64,000 nt of DNA, from positions 2,598,999 through 2,662,998 of the forward strand of contig CM082596.2 in the NCBI GenBank assembly GCA_040954595.2, written 5' to 3'. The notes below the pieces were generated by a model. The model was not told where the DNA came from, made no database searches, and was given only the letters and a program-made list of their open reading frames with translations. A program made the position numbers and the translations under genes. This document shows positions 36,741-50,748 of this stretch, piece after piece; the first letter of the stretch is position 1; each line of letters opens with the position of its first letter. The stretch comes from Balanoglossus misakiensis (lineage: Eukaryota; Animalia; Hemichordata).

Positions 36741-37502
36741 GAAGGAAGGATATACATTTCACCAGATGGCTGTATTGTTACCGATGATTATGTCTTCCAC
36801 GCTTCACGCACTTTCATTTTCAACAGAATCCTTGCTCTCAACACCTATTCAGCCATTTCTACTTCAAACTTCATCAAGTATGTTGACTTATCCATGATCA
36901 TACATTTTGAAATATCTGTAGTATGCAGGATGAATTATTTAACCAGTATTAGGTTTAAGTGGGCTTATCAGTTTTCATGCGTTAGTGGTTTTGCTTTACC
37001 GACGTGCCCAGATTATCGTGTTTGCTCATGAACAGCTCGGACAAGGACGATGTTGTAGAAAATAGCCTTTGGGAGGAGAACCGTATCAGGTTTAACATAA
37101 TAAGATTTTTTGTGCTAAATGGATTAGCCTTCAAGTTGGCATGACACAAATAACAGACTGCATGTCTCTGATTGTACACCAGCCATAGATGCTCGCACAC
37201 CAGTCCAGCAAGGGTATTAGGCCAGACCACAGAGTCACGTACAACGTAGCAGTGTATCCATACTGAAACTTACATAGCCACTGACCTCATGCGTCATCGG
37301 ATTGTGATTGGCTAGATCGTTGGCCATCAGACCACCTGGCTCTCTGGCTCGCAGTGAACACAACTACTCAGACCACCTGTTTTACACCAAAAACTTTCCT
37401 CATCAGAGATAAAACACAGTGAACTCCAGGTTCTGTGCTCACATGTGCGAATTGCGCAAGACTGTACACTACACAAGAAATACAGCTCCGTCTTATGTGT
37501 AC

Positions 37503-37560
37503 ATTGTTTTCTATGGTAAGGTTGGACCTCGAAAGAGGCAACTTGGGGTGAAAGGGTTAC
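37503..37560 (-). mobile_element. piggyBac-like MITE, partial copy 3
   Basis: TTGTTTTCTATGGTAAGGTTGGACCTC...GGGGTGAAAGGGTTA. Confidence 0.75.
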
Positions 37561-39059
37561 TATGAGTATCTGATACGACTAGCGCCAGTAACCTACAGAG
37601 CCGAATCACCTAGCAATGTGAGTCAGCTCTTGGCGTTCTCTCTTCACTAGTCAAGCTATGTTCATTTGGGGCAGAAGGACCTTCCTCAAAACGTCCCTAG
37701 GCCTTTCAGGAAATAATTAGTTTGTTTCATGTGTACCATCAAGCTGTTGTCAGTGGCCTGTGAGTATTTTCCTTAATTATTACTACTGCGATGTGAATTG
37801 CATATTAAGTACCTTGAGCAATCATTTTCTGTTACATGTACTGGTAGTTCACCTCGCCTCCAGAAATACCTTTCAATATAATCATCAAGTGCTGAGGGAG
37901 GGTATGGATGAAAAAATGTTTGTCTGTTGTGTGCTGCAAACTGAACACTGCATGATCTGCTTGAATTCTTTAGACTTTGTCTTGAATTCTTTCAGCAGCT
38001 CTAGACTGTGTAAGTACCCGTATCACCCTTCTTTGGTGGCAGTCAGCGTAGAGACATAAATAGTGAAAAGTGCTAACACTAAAAGAAAAATGAGTGGCAT
38101 GTTTTGCTCAGGCTGTGAACCGAGCTTTAAATATACAGTCAGAATGATTGATATGCTGAAACCATTACAGCAAGCTGATGTGCTTACAAAGTAGACTGTG
38201 TAGATACATGTATGGTTTCGTGAAAAATTGAAAACAGGTTCTAACAGGGGTTGTTGGCATCAGCTGCTTTAATAGCCTAGTGTCTAGTCTTTGTTGTCTT
38301 TGCTCTGCTAAAGAGATGGGTCTGTCTGTTTAGCGAAGCCAAGTCGATGCAGACCAGGCTCCTACTGTAACCTACAGCCATAGAGTGTGGCCAGAGTGCG
38401 TCGCCATGGTCACCCAATCCAAGTGTCAGGTACTATTTCCCTGTCTTTCTGCTATTACCTGCTTTTGGGTTTGCGGAGCTCCACTTACAAACATGTACAT
38501 GTATTTGTACATTGCAACTGAACGTCTTGTACATTGCATGGTGGGGGAGTAAGGATCCGAAGCCATGAGCAAGCAGTCTTGCAATATTCATATCCATATT
38601 CATATGGCTGCAGTCAACTGATAGCATTTGACTCTAACATACCAGTACTGCTCATCAATCATTGCGTCGTTTTCCAACACATCAATGATGTCCCCTTGTG
38701 TCTGAATGACATTAATTTAAGCCGACACCTTTGTACAGAGATTAAATTGGGTCAATCATGTGGCCTATAAACCTAGAAAACTGACGAGAAGAAGTTCGAA
38801 GGTCTGTGTACAATAGAAGTTTATTCACTCGACACATCTACTGTGGCAGCTCCATGTACATTGTAATTCAAAGGATGAGCTGTTTATTAAAGTAGAAGCA
38901 ACGTGGTCGTTGGTTTATTTTTCGGGTTGAATATTGGTGCCAGCTGTCACCACTTGATGTAGGGTTGGTTCACAATCTCTGTTTCAGTTTACACACAAGT
39001 CGTATTATGTCCAGACATTGTGTACACGAAAAGTATACAAATCAGATGGTGCATGCACG

Positions 39060-39154
39060 TTAACCTTAATTCACCCCCATTTCCCTGTGGAGCGGTCCAA
39101 CTTTACTATAGACAACAGTGGGTGTGGGCCAAACCATAGTGGTGGAAGAGTTAA
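39060..39154 (+). mobile_element. piggyBac-like MITE, copy 4 (diverged)
   Basis: TTCACCCCC...GGTCCAAC...GGTGGAAGAGTTAA. Confidence 0.7.
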
Positions 39155-39947
39155 ATGTGTAACGGCAAGGTTGGTTTGTCGTATCTGCCTCCTTGTCGGT
39201 CTGAGTGACCAGGGCATGTACCAATAAATCATTTAAAGTTCTCAAGTGAAGAAAAAAAAACAAAGTTACATTGTAGGGCTTCATGAACTTACTGTAATTT
39301 GAATAATTATGAGGAAAAAAGCTAAGGTTTATGCTTTTAGTGCATGATTTGGTTGAAACCATTGTGTTACAATATTATAGCCATTGAAAAAAATGCTCTC
39401 TTTTATCAAGTGGGCTACTAGTCTACTCTTTTGATGTGATTGTACGACCTTATTCAGAATGAGTTCAGTCTTTTATTTGACTACCGTAGATGCTACCAAG
39501 AAATGCATTGTGAAAATTGATGTGGTCCCCCGAAGCCGTTATTTCTGATAGTTCGGCACTTAATTTACCAGTATTCAGAACGTTACATGTAAATAGTTCT
39601 GTGATGCAGTTCACATTGTATGGGTTGTCTTGACCCTTGACCTTTCCAGAACAATTCTGAAGTTGTAAAGGAGAAAGTGCTTTGTGATGTGGTGGCGTAA
39701 TGATTTCCTGTCGTGTGATTTGGACTCAATTTGCGAGTAATGGTGAAAGTTGGCAGCCATTTACTCTGGGCTTGAAATGAGACTGAATTTCTAAAGACTA
39801 ACTGTCAAGCATCCACTTTTGGTTGCCGGAATTGTGTTTAAGGAAGAGTGGAGAAGACGGTGCCACACAAGGCAGTCAAATATCATTGGCAAATTTGTAC
39901 ATTACATGTAAAATGTCCTCTCAGAAAAAAAGGGACCTTTTATTTGC

Positions 39948-40245
39948 TATTCATTCATTCATTCATTCATTCATTCATTCATTCATTCATTCATTCATTC
40001 ATTCATTCATTCACTCATTCACTCATTCATTCATTCATTCATTCATTCATTCATTCATTCATTCATTCATTCATTCATTCATTCATTCACTCATTCACTC
40101 ATTCATTCATTCATTCATTCATTCATTCACTCACTCATTCACTCATTCATTCATTCATTCATTCATTCATTCATTCATTCATTCATTCATTCATTCATCC
40201 ATCCATCCATCCATCCATCCATTCATTCATTCATTCATTCATTCA
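39948..40245. repeat. (TTCA)n microsatellite with CTCA/TCCA variants
   Basis: About 300 bp of tetranucleotide repeat. Confidence 0.99.
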
Positions 40246-42151
40246 GCTACCCTATTGATGAACTTCAGAATTTAACATCTTATTCCAGGATGTGTGACTT
40301 CATTAATGCTATATTTGGCAAGGTAAAATACTTGGGAATCCAGGTCATGCTGACATCAACTATTGAAGTGTGTGTTTACTTTGTATTGACAAGCTGATAT
40401 GACGTGTCCATATTCAAGCATGCTTCAGTTAGCTCTATAGTGGACTGCTAAATTTATAACTGCTGCCCCAATAATTGAATAATAATTGGCGAAGTTAATT
40501 AAAATGATGATGTGAATCTTGTTATGAGTCGTATGCTGAAGTATCATGATGGAGATCAGATTGTAGGGTTCTTCATAGCACTCAAAATTACAGGTGGAAT
40601 TATTTTGTAGGCATAGAGACAAATATCAGGTGGTGCAAGGCAGCATGTGATAAATTTGCGCATGAATCTTTTTGTGTATTATGCAGTACCCTGTATTGAA
40701 CTGATTCCTTTGAATTTTGATACAAGGACATTGACAAAGACTTGTCTTTTTTTTTATTTTACTTTACAGAAAAAGAAAACAGCTTCAGAGCTAGCAAGTG
40801 GAAGAAAACCGAAGTGGGGTTGAAGTGTAATATCTCAACTGTGTACATCATAAAAGAGGTAAAAGAAGCAAAAGCTAATTTTGTTTATCAAGATATTGCT
40901 TAAGACAAACCAGGTTCCTTTTCGTGATTGAATCTGGGTCATTCTTAACATACATGCATATGGCTTTGACAGTCAAAGAAGATCCTCCTTCAGCACGGAG
41001 TACTTTTAATCTGCTTCGCACAAGTGTATGTCATTCATATTTCTTTGGCTTCACAATCACATCATGAAATCAATGTGAGACAATTGCGTCAGTTTATGAT
41101 TGAAGAAGTCCACTAACTGCAAATGGGATTGTGAGGTGTATGCAAAAGACATGATTGCTACAAAGGAAATATGCCACAATTTGCATGTCCAATACACCAC
41201 GGATTCTGTCATTACTACGAGTTATGTATTGATCAGAATAGGAATTCCTGGGGAATTTGTTTCAGTTTGTCCATCCTAGAGAGTGCAAGTGTCAATTTAA
41301 TGAAGAATACTTTGGTGTAAACAGGGAGAAGAGGCTGCAAATGTGAAAAAAAACTTTGACACATTTACATTCTCGCTGTGTCAGTGACTTAAACTCCTAT
41401 AGACCTTGAGATCAAAATAGGAAATGGTTTCTGTTCTGGTCAAATGGGATTGAATTATTTCTACTGCCTGAGTTTTATTGAGATTGCTCTTTTTCTGAGA
41501 AGCTGCTCTGGATTTTATACGAGACTGCCTCGGAAATCTGTCCAATTGTAATTGTGAGTTGTCTAGCCTGAGTGAGTCTTATATTGCTCCTTCGCAGTCT
41601 CATCTGATTTTTTCTTTTCCTGATGTAGATTGAATTCTTAGCTGCTCTTCTAAATGCATGTATGTGTTTCTGTGTGTCTGTCCTCAATATTTCTAGAATG
41701 ACAGATCAAATTTGAATCAGACAGACAGACATTGCTATGACACACATACACCCTCCCACGTGTGAATACAGTGGCTAAAAATGGCGCCACTGAGACTCTA
41801 GAAGCACTCTTATTAAAAGCGAAGCTCATCCTTTAGTGTTTGTTTATGTGTCATCGGCAGTGTGTTGAGTGAATCTGTCACTTAACATACTGCATAGGTC
41901 TCTAATTGCTGTCAGATTTTCTGTCATAACTGTTGAATAGCACAATTAACACTTCACAGATACAGACAAGGTGCAGGACAGTTATCTCTGACTATAATAC
42001 ATCAACATTTAGGCGTGAAGTCCCCAATCAATTATTCACTACGGAATAAAAATAGAGGAATAGACGCACTGTCTTTGGAACTGCAAGGCAGTTAGGAAAA
42101 CATGCTGCTTCTGACAAAGAATGCTGTGTTGGTCTCAGCATACAAATTGTA

Positions 42152-42243
42152 TTATGCCTTCCACCCCCAGTTCCCCTCTATAGAGGTCCAAATTTACCAT
42201 AGAAAACAGTGGATTTGCTAAACCATGGTTCTGAATGGATTAA
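42152..42243 (+). mobile_element. piggyBac-like MITE, copy 5
   Basis: CCTTCCACCCCCAGTTCCC...GAGGTCCAAATTTACCATAGAAAAC...GGATTAA. Confidence 0.75.
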
Positions 42244-42807
42244 AACATTTATGCTGCTTGAAATGCATTTGGTACTCATTTTTGAATACAGTCAATCATA
42301 AAAAATGTTTTGATGAGAAATATGCTGAAAAATCGTGCAGGTAGCATGCGGTGCTACCATACAATCATGTACAGTTGTATCTCCGACCTCAGGGAAAATG
42401 TTTTAATCCTATTGTTAATTTCAATATTATAGTTACGCCATATGCCAGATATACCTGAAACATATTCCCCAAAGACCACTCGGTTATAATGATTTTTCCA
42501 CTAAGCTATAACTGACTCTTATCAGAGGAGACTTGGTGTGTGTTTATCTAGGTTCTTTTTTCTTTTTTCTGTAGGGATCATCTCTTGAAAGGCTGTCTTT
42601 GATATTTCCCAAGGTAAATGAGGCATCAGGCTTGAACTTTAATGCATTTGTCTTGTTGGTGAGTATTATCAAAATCCTACGACAGAGTCTCATTTGAGGG
42701 ATCAAACGATAATTACTAGTATGTCCCTGAAGAACAGAATGAAGAACAACTTGATCCTGCAGACTCTTCAAATACAGAATGTCTCATAAGTGTCACTGTA
42801 TAATGTT

Positions 42808-42900
42808 TTTACTCTTTCACCCCCAGTTCCATCTTTAGAGGTCCAACCTTACCATAGAAAACAATGGGTTTGGACTGAACCATGGTGGTGAAAGGGTTAT
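42808..42900 (+). mobile_element. piggyBac-like MITE, copy 6
   Basis: CTTTCACCCCCAGTTCC...GGTCCAACCTTACCATAGAAAACAATGGG...GGTGAAAGGGTTA. Confidence 0.85.
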
Positions 42901-43730
42901 AGAACATCATGTTGTTCTACTATGCAAGTGAGAAGAAAAATATAAAGTTGTAGACAAATTATTGAATGAAAAAGTGAAGTTCACGCTCTCTGGCAAATTA
43001 GTTTGGCTTACGGTCTACCCCAAAAGGGACATCCTTTCATTATCTCCGTCTTTTTCGTGGGGTCTGCCAAAAGGAAATCCTAGCCTTGCGCATTGAACTT
43101 GGAAGCAAATGGTCAGATACCCTGCCGAGACTGTGGTTTGTCCCCTTGATGTCATATCACAGTTAGTGTCGCTCTGTTGATTAGACACAACATTGCAGTC
43201 AAGGAAACCGGTCAAGGAAAATGTGAGAGGGTAAAAATAATTGATCAAAATAACATTGAGCCAAATTGAAATGGCATTTATTCCTGCTGTGTGCAGGTCA
43301 TTATCAACCAATTCAATGGAAATACTTTATTGTCAACATTTAAATATCAAATTGATAATATTGCTTATTTCTAATAGAATAAAACACGAAAAATATGTAC
43401 CAGACATCCTGTATTAATAGATTCTCCTGTGAGAAGCTAAGAAGGACAGTGACCTTACATTTATACCCAGTGTTGCAAATGTGATCTAGTTCCACACCCC
43501 CTGTTGGTCTTGGAAGTAAGCCATTCATGTTTTATGCATAGCTGCATCTGCTTTGGTTTAAAAGTACAGTGACCTAAAGAGTATAATGAACCCTTGAATC
43601 ACACATGCACACATACATGTGTAATGAGTGCTTTGACAACTTTCTTATGGATTGTGTGTATTTATTATAGTATGCACCTCGAAAGTCAAAATCTTCAGAA
43701 AAACTTTTTCTCATAGTTTACTCAAGGTAG

Positions 43731-43788
43731 GTTGTCATCTATGGTAAGGTTGGACCTCTAAAGAGGGAACTGGGGGTGAAAGGTTTAA
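43731..43788 (-). mobile_element. piggyBac-like MITE, partial copy 7
   Basis: CTATGGTAAGGTTGGACCTCTAAAGAGGGAACTGGGGGTGAAAGGTTTAA. Confidence 0.75.
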
Positions 43789-44857
43789 ACCTAAATTTTA
43801 TTTGGGAATGGGCTTTCAGATATCATGTTATTGTACTCATCACTGAGAGATGTACAGTTTTTATGTAGGAGTAATATGTGTGAAACTCAAAATAGTCACA
43901 CGTAGTGAATAGAATACAATATTAATATGTTTAAGTATTCATGAACCTATACTGCATTGAAGTCAATAGTTTTATCAAATAGCTACTCAGATCATATGGA
44001 TGTAATGTAGTTGAGAAATTTGGATCAATAATTCACAACACTGAGAAGAACAGAAAGAAAATCATTCCTGTGAGATAGTTCGAGTATTCTTGACTACCCC
44101 AAGGGGCAGTTAATAAGCAACTTTGTATACTGTAGTATAATTAAGCTGTGGTCATGCCTGTCTTTTGTCATCTGTTACTGGAAGCTCTTATTTCACCCTC
44201 AATGATACTGAGGGCGTTTTCAATTATTAAATTGTGTTAGCCGAGGGATAGACCATTGTACGCAGATGACAATGTAGAACTAGTTTACCATATACATGTA
44301 TACTACACTTATTCACAGTAATAACATCATGCATGTAACATCTGCCTGTGACTTTTTACAGGATCTTTGGTCACTGAAGTTCTACCTAGTGTTTGATGAT
44401 GACTTAGAAGTGAATACTTTGCCACTGTTCAAGTTTTATGTTCAGCTAATGTAAGTATGCGTCATATCATCTTCACCCAGGTTCACATATGAAGCATAGG
44501 TACTCTGTTTGTGCTACAGGGAATTTAACTATCAGTGGACCTGGAATACAGCAATTACCAGTACATTTTCTGTTTCCAGAGGGATCTGTCAGTGATAAAC
44601 ATTCATGGAGCCATCACTAATAAATGCGATATTTCTCTCTGTACCTTTCATTTTTGTGTGCGCTCAATACATGTTGATTTTGTTGTTCTTGTCAACAAAG
44701 GTTTGTTTTCAGTGCAGAATGTATTTATATTGATGGCAACATATGGTGTAGTTCTGGGAATATCCAGATCTCATATTCACCGCCCATTCCAGGCCTTGCC
44801 CTTCCAAACTAGACACAGCTGTAGCCGTTGTGATATTAGTACCAGAGCCTCTTCTAT

Positions 44858-46027
44858 AGTGCCTTTCTCACGTGCTGTCAACGCCGCCCCAGCAGCGGTG
44901 CTAGGGCGGCGTTAATTTGTAAGTGCCACGTGTGAAAAGGTGAGAGCGGCCCTGCGCCGCTCTTTTTTTGTGACGGTGTTGAGGGGTGGGACCTGGGTCG
45001 GGGCGCCGCACTAAACAGCGATTCAAATCACGTGTGAACAGAAACACCGCACTAAACGCCGATCTAAACGCACTCTGCCGACGCGGTTTGAGGGGATACA
45101 AGTGGCAGTTTCTAATGAGCTTGCATGTAAAATTACCCCTCTGAAAAGAGCGATGTTTAGCACCTTGCTTAGTCAACGGTCAATTTGCCTTGTTGCTGAT
45201 GGTCACCAGTAAAATGAGGAGCCCCAAAACCTACAGGCAAAGCCTTGAGGTAGTCGGAACTTACTGCAGCTGGGGCTCTGCTGAAAAAATTGAGACGCCC
45301 AGTGGAAGTGGTAGTGAAACTTGTAGCAAAGTTCATGGTGATAATTGCTAGGCAACTAGGTCTTGCCATTGTCTGGCTAAAAATACATCCCTGTGCGTGA
45401 ATAAATTAAAAACATCTTTGTCCCAAGGGACCAACTCAAAGCGTTCCCACATCCTGGTATGCTTTTACTACTAGCATGGAGTCATATTACGCACTGGTTT
45501 CAAAGCTGTAAGACTCACAGGCGGTACCGTAGAAGCGCTTATACTTATAGGATGACTGTACAAAAACTGGAAAAGTGTGGATTTTCTCGGATCTTCCATT
45601 TATTTGATGTGGAACAACAAATGGGACAAGTGGCGAAATGTGTCATTGATTTTCAATCGCACCATGAAGCCTATTTGAACCTAATTTGTATAAATGTCCG
45701 AGGGGGTCGTTCTGGCACTTTGACTCATTTTTACCCCCATTGTTTCATCTTTTTGTAAAGAATAATTATTTTTTCCTGGTCGAACCGAAGGATAGATTAC
45801 GGTATACGCTGTTTGGGTATAAGTCCAGAGCTACATATACAGTAAACACATCACTGAATCCGCCATTGTGACCTTTAGCCACTCTGCTGTGGACGCATTG
45901 AGTGCGGTGATCCCGTCCCTTTTATACACATGTGAATGCAAAACTATTTGAGTCGCTGATAAGAAATGTTTGCCAACTTTTATAATCCCGAAAAGGGCGC
46001 CCTAATCATTTCACGTGAGAAAGCCCT
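44858..46027. mobile_element. Non-autonomous PIF/Harbinger-like element
   Basis: Inverted ends AGTGCCTTTCTCACGTG / CACGTGAGAAAGCCCT, internal CACGTGTGAA repeats and a GC-rich left arm. The TSD is not clean. Confidence 0.5.
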
Positions 46028-49000
46028 TTATGGTAGTGTATCTCTAGATCCAAATTTGTTACAAACTCAAAGAAAGAACTCCAGCAGAAAAAGCATTGTG
46101 CGACCAGACATCTATAGAAGTCAATATATAATACATGTGGTGATTGTAAGGGAGGTAATTCACGTCCTGTCAACAAAAGAATTATATATTTTTCAAGGAG
46201 AAACTATTTATGCCATATTTCTTTTCTGGGGTGATTTCCTGTAATATCAAAAAGAAATTGCAAAGGCTGGACATGCGGAGATAGAAATCAAAAGAAGAGA
46301 TTCAGTCGTGTCAGTGGATGGTGTCTGCATACCAATTTACTGAAAGCCAATATATACCATACCCTGAGGTCACATTTTCTTCTTTACCAGTTCTGTTGCT
46401 GTTTTACCGCAGCATTACTTTAAAGTGCCCATGTCGTTGCAATGCTGCATGCGTTGGTACAAATTTACTCTGAAAGCAAAGGTTTGTCCGTGTGACGGTG
46501 ATCGATTGATGTGTACATTTGAAATTTTACAGAAAGCCTTTGCACTGCCCTTAGATAAAAAGCATAGTTTTTACTACATTTGATTCACTTGGAGATTTTG
46601 CTGCGTAAATTGTTGTTACCAGTCTGTTGGTGTTGAAATTTATCATTTTATCACACAATCCCCAGAGTAAATACATACTGCTATCTGTCCGTAATATTAT
46701 TCAAATTTAGTTTATCACTTCCACTGAAGATTTTCCTGAACCTTAAATATTCATTTTTGGCCAATTTTGCAACATGATTTCATCTTTTGCTTGCTTTGTT
46801 TTGTTTCGATTGGCTCTTATCAAAATCAAATGAAATCCAAGTGTGTCCAATCCAATCAGACTTAGTTGTCATGGAAATAGTGACATCATCACATTCACTG
46901 AACAAAATGGCATTCTCACTACTTTGATAAAAATATCATTAACTTATTCATAATTGAAAGCAATATTTCCTGTGCACAGTGTGATAGAAATATCACTCTG
47001 AGAAATCTATATGTATTGGTGTGAATATTAGAGATGAAATGAATGGATGGAGAAAAGTGTTGTGAATTTTTTATCTACCTGTTGCATGCTCAGACCAGCC
47101 TTGTCCCTTGATTGAACCACATGGAAATTGCACACATAACTTGCTTGAATGGAGCAAATTTAAGAGTTGAGCAGTTACCATATCAAGATAGTGATTAAAT
47201 GGGAGCGTGCCCATCACATTAGTGTGGTCATAAGACATTTGTTCTGTCTGGCTTGCAATTGTTAGTTTCTGCTGAGCTGATGAGGTTCAGGTTTGTGCTA
47301 AGCACTGTCTGTTTGTCAGGGATGATTTACGAGCATTGAATCAACAAAGAAAAGAAAGGTAAGAGGCAAATTCAAGCGCGAGGATGATGTAGCTGATCCT
47401 GGACTGGTATTTTTAACTTCTTAAAAATCCCATGTTGAATGCCGTATAGTTTAAGTGACTTGATAAAAGTTGTCATTTGTATATTAAGTCGGCCATCCAT
47501 TGTGTGTAGATGCAGTCTGTCTTGCAGTATAGGAGCAGTACAGATTACATTGCAATTTTCATAAATTATATATAATGATTTCGATAATAGTCTTGTTGAT
47601 GTGCCCTTTGAAGCTTTTCTGTGAAAAATCAGATCACCTGAAATTCTGGTCAAGCCTTGTTACTTTCTCGGATATCAATTGTAGTGTTCGAAATTAACTT
47701 CCTAGAATTCACTGGAAAAGGGCACCGTTATTAACCTTTTGACATTTTCAACCGCAAGGAGAAAATTAGTTCCTATACTGTTTCAATGTAGACCTGTTGA
47801 ATGCTTTCCGGTTGTAGGAAGTAAATATGATTCATTTGAGTCTAATAGGTGGCCTCAATTATAATCAATGACGTCTATTCTCACTGTTATTTGGTGGTAC
47901 ATGGACTCGAAAGTTGTATCAAATGATGTTATGAGTGCTTGGTAATATTGGCAGTCTCTGTATGTTTGTGTATTTTTTAAACTCTCCAATAAGTCCGGAT
48001 AGATCCTTAAAGCCAGAGAGAGTGTTAGTGTAGCATTATAGTTTCCAGACAGTAAGTCCTGGAATTGACTTCAATGAAAATTATGGAAAAAATGCTGAAA
48101 ATCTGAGAGTACTATGATGCTGTCAAAATGTCCATTACCATTATTACTTAAAACAAAGTAATAATCAGATGACATAATATGATCACTCGATAATTCCTGG
48201 AAATTGTTTGACCACAGTTTGAGTGAAAATAGGGTTAAGGTAACCTCCTGGAATTGAATACACGCATAGTTTCCCTCGTCTAGGGAAATGGCATTTAACA
48301 GTAACGTATGCCCTTCAAATGCTTATCAGGAGTTGTAACTTGGGTAAAGAGGCCTAAGCATTATCAATCAGAACAGGATGACTGTACGGCCATGGAATAA
48401 TAATCCCGTGTGAGTTTTCCATATCAGTGATAACCATCAAAACACTCAGAGCCAGCGTCTTCCCTTTTACATCACATTCCGGTTTCTCTGACACAATTTC
48501 TGCGAGTTTACTCTGACAGTCGTAAATTTGTATTGGTGTTATAGTGTGTGTGGGTGTGCGTCATGATTTGACCGCTATGGAGTTACGATTCGCGCAGATT
48601 CTTTGCAGTTACTGAATTACACGTACTGAGTATACCGTATTCATTGCTTGGTAATGCTCGCCGTCAACAGTCGAAGATCTGTAAAACCTTGTGGGATTGG
48701 GTCTTTACTCTTACATGGTAAAAAAAAGATGTGACCTTATAATGTCTCAAAAAATGTCTCAAAAAGGATATTTTTGTTATAAAAAAACGAAAAGAGTCTC
48801 CATCAACAGATTTGTTGTCGTACAACGTTCACAATTTTCAGTTTTCAATGTTTAATTCCATAGGTTTACCTCCTCTGAAGGGTCTTGTAATTGTATGCAC
48901 CAATGTGTACAAATTGATCAAACAATCCATAGGAGTCCTTATAATTGAGCAGCTAGGTACTACAATGGAAGAAATGGTTGAGATCGATTCACAGTGAGTG

Positions 49001-50748
49001 AGTGTCAACGTTTCAATGTCAAGGCTATGATATTATTCTCAGCCAAGGGCAAGGCAGTGTGGGAGTTGAACGTGTCATATGATCCTAATTTTGCCCTGAA
49101 TGTTGAGATGAATATCATTTGTTGTCCGTTCTGTAAATATTTTAGTGTATATTATTTTCTCTACCGGTACATCATCGTAAAAAAAGAGACTGTGTTTTGA
49201 TAATGTATTTTTTGATCATTAGGGGTTGCCATGGTTTAAGCTGTATTGTCTAGTGAAGTGGGCATTCGTGTTAGTTTCTGAAACTGCTGGAGGTTTCTGC
49301 AGTGTGTGTTGATGGCAAAAATAGTTTAGTGAAAGTCGTAGGGGGGCTGTGACCCTACATGTATATCTGGATGAATGTCAAGGCGTTGGCTCTGTTGGAA
49401 GCCAAGGGTTAATTGACATAAATACTGCAGTTAGATTTATAGCGGTATAATGTTATCACGGTTTGAGTTCAATGACGACCATCATGTGCAGTCAACCTAT
49501 GTTTTTTTAGGAATTTAAAATGTATGGGGAATTCTGACCTTCCTGCTGTAGTTATGTATGTAGTAAGTGTTTTCACAACATATTTTTTCGCACGACTTAA
49601 TAGATGTCACCGTCAGACTGGAATGCAAGGTGCAATGGTCGAGATATCATCATTGCAATTTGCACACCAAAAGTGACAGCTCAGGTGCTTAATGCAGCAC
49701 TTTGAGTTAATGTCTCCCTGGCAAGTGTCAAAGGCAGTGCAAGAGGTGCTTTGAGACTGGGAAAAGTACCCACTTTCACTGCATAGTGTAATTTACATTA
49801 GCACGATACGTGATATTCCTTCAGAATTAAGGCGCGCAATCGACCCAGCCAGTGAGCGTATCAAACAGTGGAGTATATACAAATATTGAGACACCTGTTA
49901 GAGTTGCAAATTGAATCAGTGTTGGTAATTACACATACGTCCCGTGCGTACCAGAGCATGAAGTGACATAAGGCTCCAATTCCAGGGATCAGCAATGCGA
50001 TATATGTACCATCTGGGCAATGTTTTAGAGCAAGAATCAGATTCTCTCTGTTCAGTGATTCCATCTTGCTTATGCTTTGTCAGTTTGGCTTGTTTTGTTG
50101 TGGTTTACTCAATCTTGTTTTGTGTGTTGGAGAAAGGTACATGTATCCCACATGGCGGGTACAATTTTAATAGCCAATTTACCCTTTGTCATCGTGACCA
50201 ACAGGAAATTGCTTGACTTATGAAATCCACATTACTCAACAGATGTGCAGGTGGCAAGGGAGTGTAGTTATCCTATATCCACTATGGAAAGGTTAATTAG
50301 ATTTATTGAAAAAATAATGTATTATTAACCCATAAAGACTGTAATTGGAGGGTGAAGTGTACATGTATGTTGGTCAATTGCCTCTAGAAGTTACAGAGGA
50401 AAACTATGGTTCGACTTTTTTTTCAATTACTAACTTAATTGTAAAAATCTGTGCAAATATTGGTACAACCTGACAGTATCAAAGAATTGCTGTAACTGCT
50501 GCATCTATTGGTCACCCTATGATCAGTGGAGTGAATCTTCCTGTCTTTAATTGTACAAGAATTTAACTTACCCCTGGTGTTCATATTTTTTATGATAATC
50601 CCATAAAACAATATTTAATTTTTTTTTAGATTGATCCTATGAAAAATACCCCTTTGATTGATAATCTTACCTTTTGGATTGATATGAATGTTACTTATAC
50701 CGGTATGTTCAAACACATTTTTTTCTCTTTTCAGTATAACAACCAGTC

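Noticed and set aside
36358-36897. 179-aa ORF in the receptor intron
   Set aside because: No recognisable motif; it runs through a MITE copy and is likely a chance ORF.
39823-40275. 150-aa and 136-aa ORFs of HSFI repeats
   Set aside because: Translations of the (TTCA)n microsatellite.
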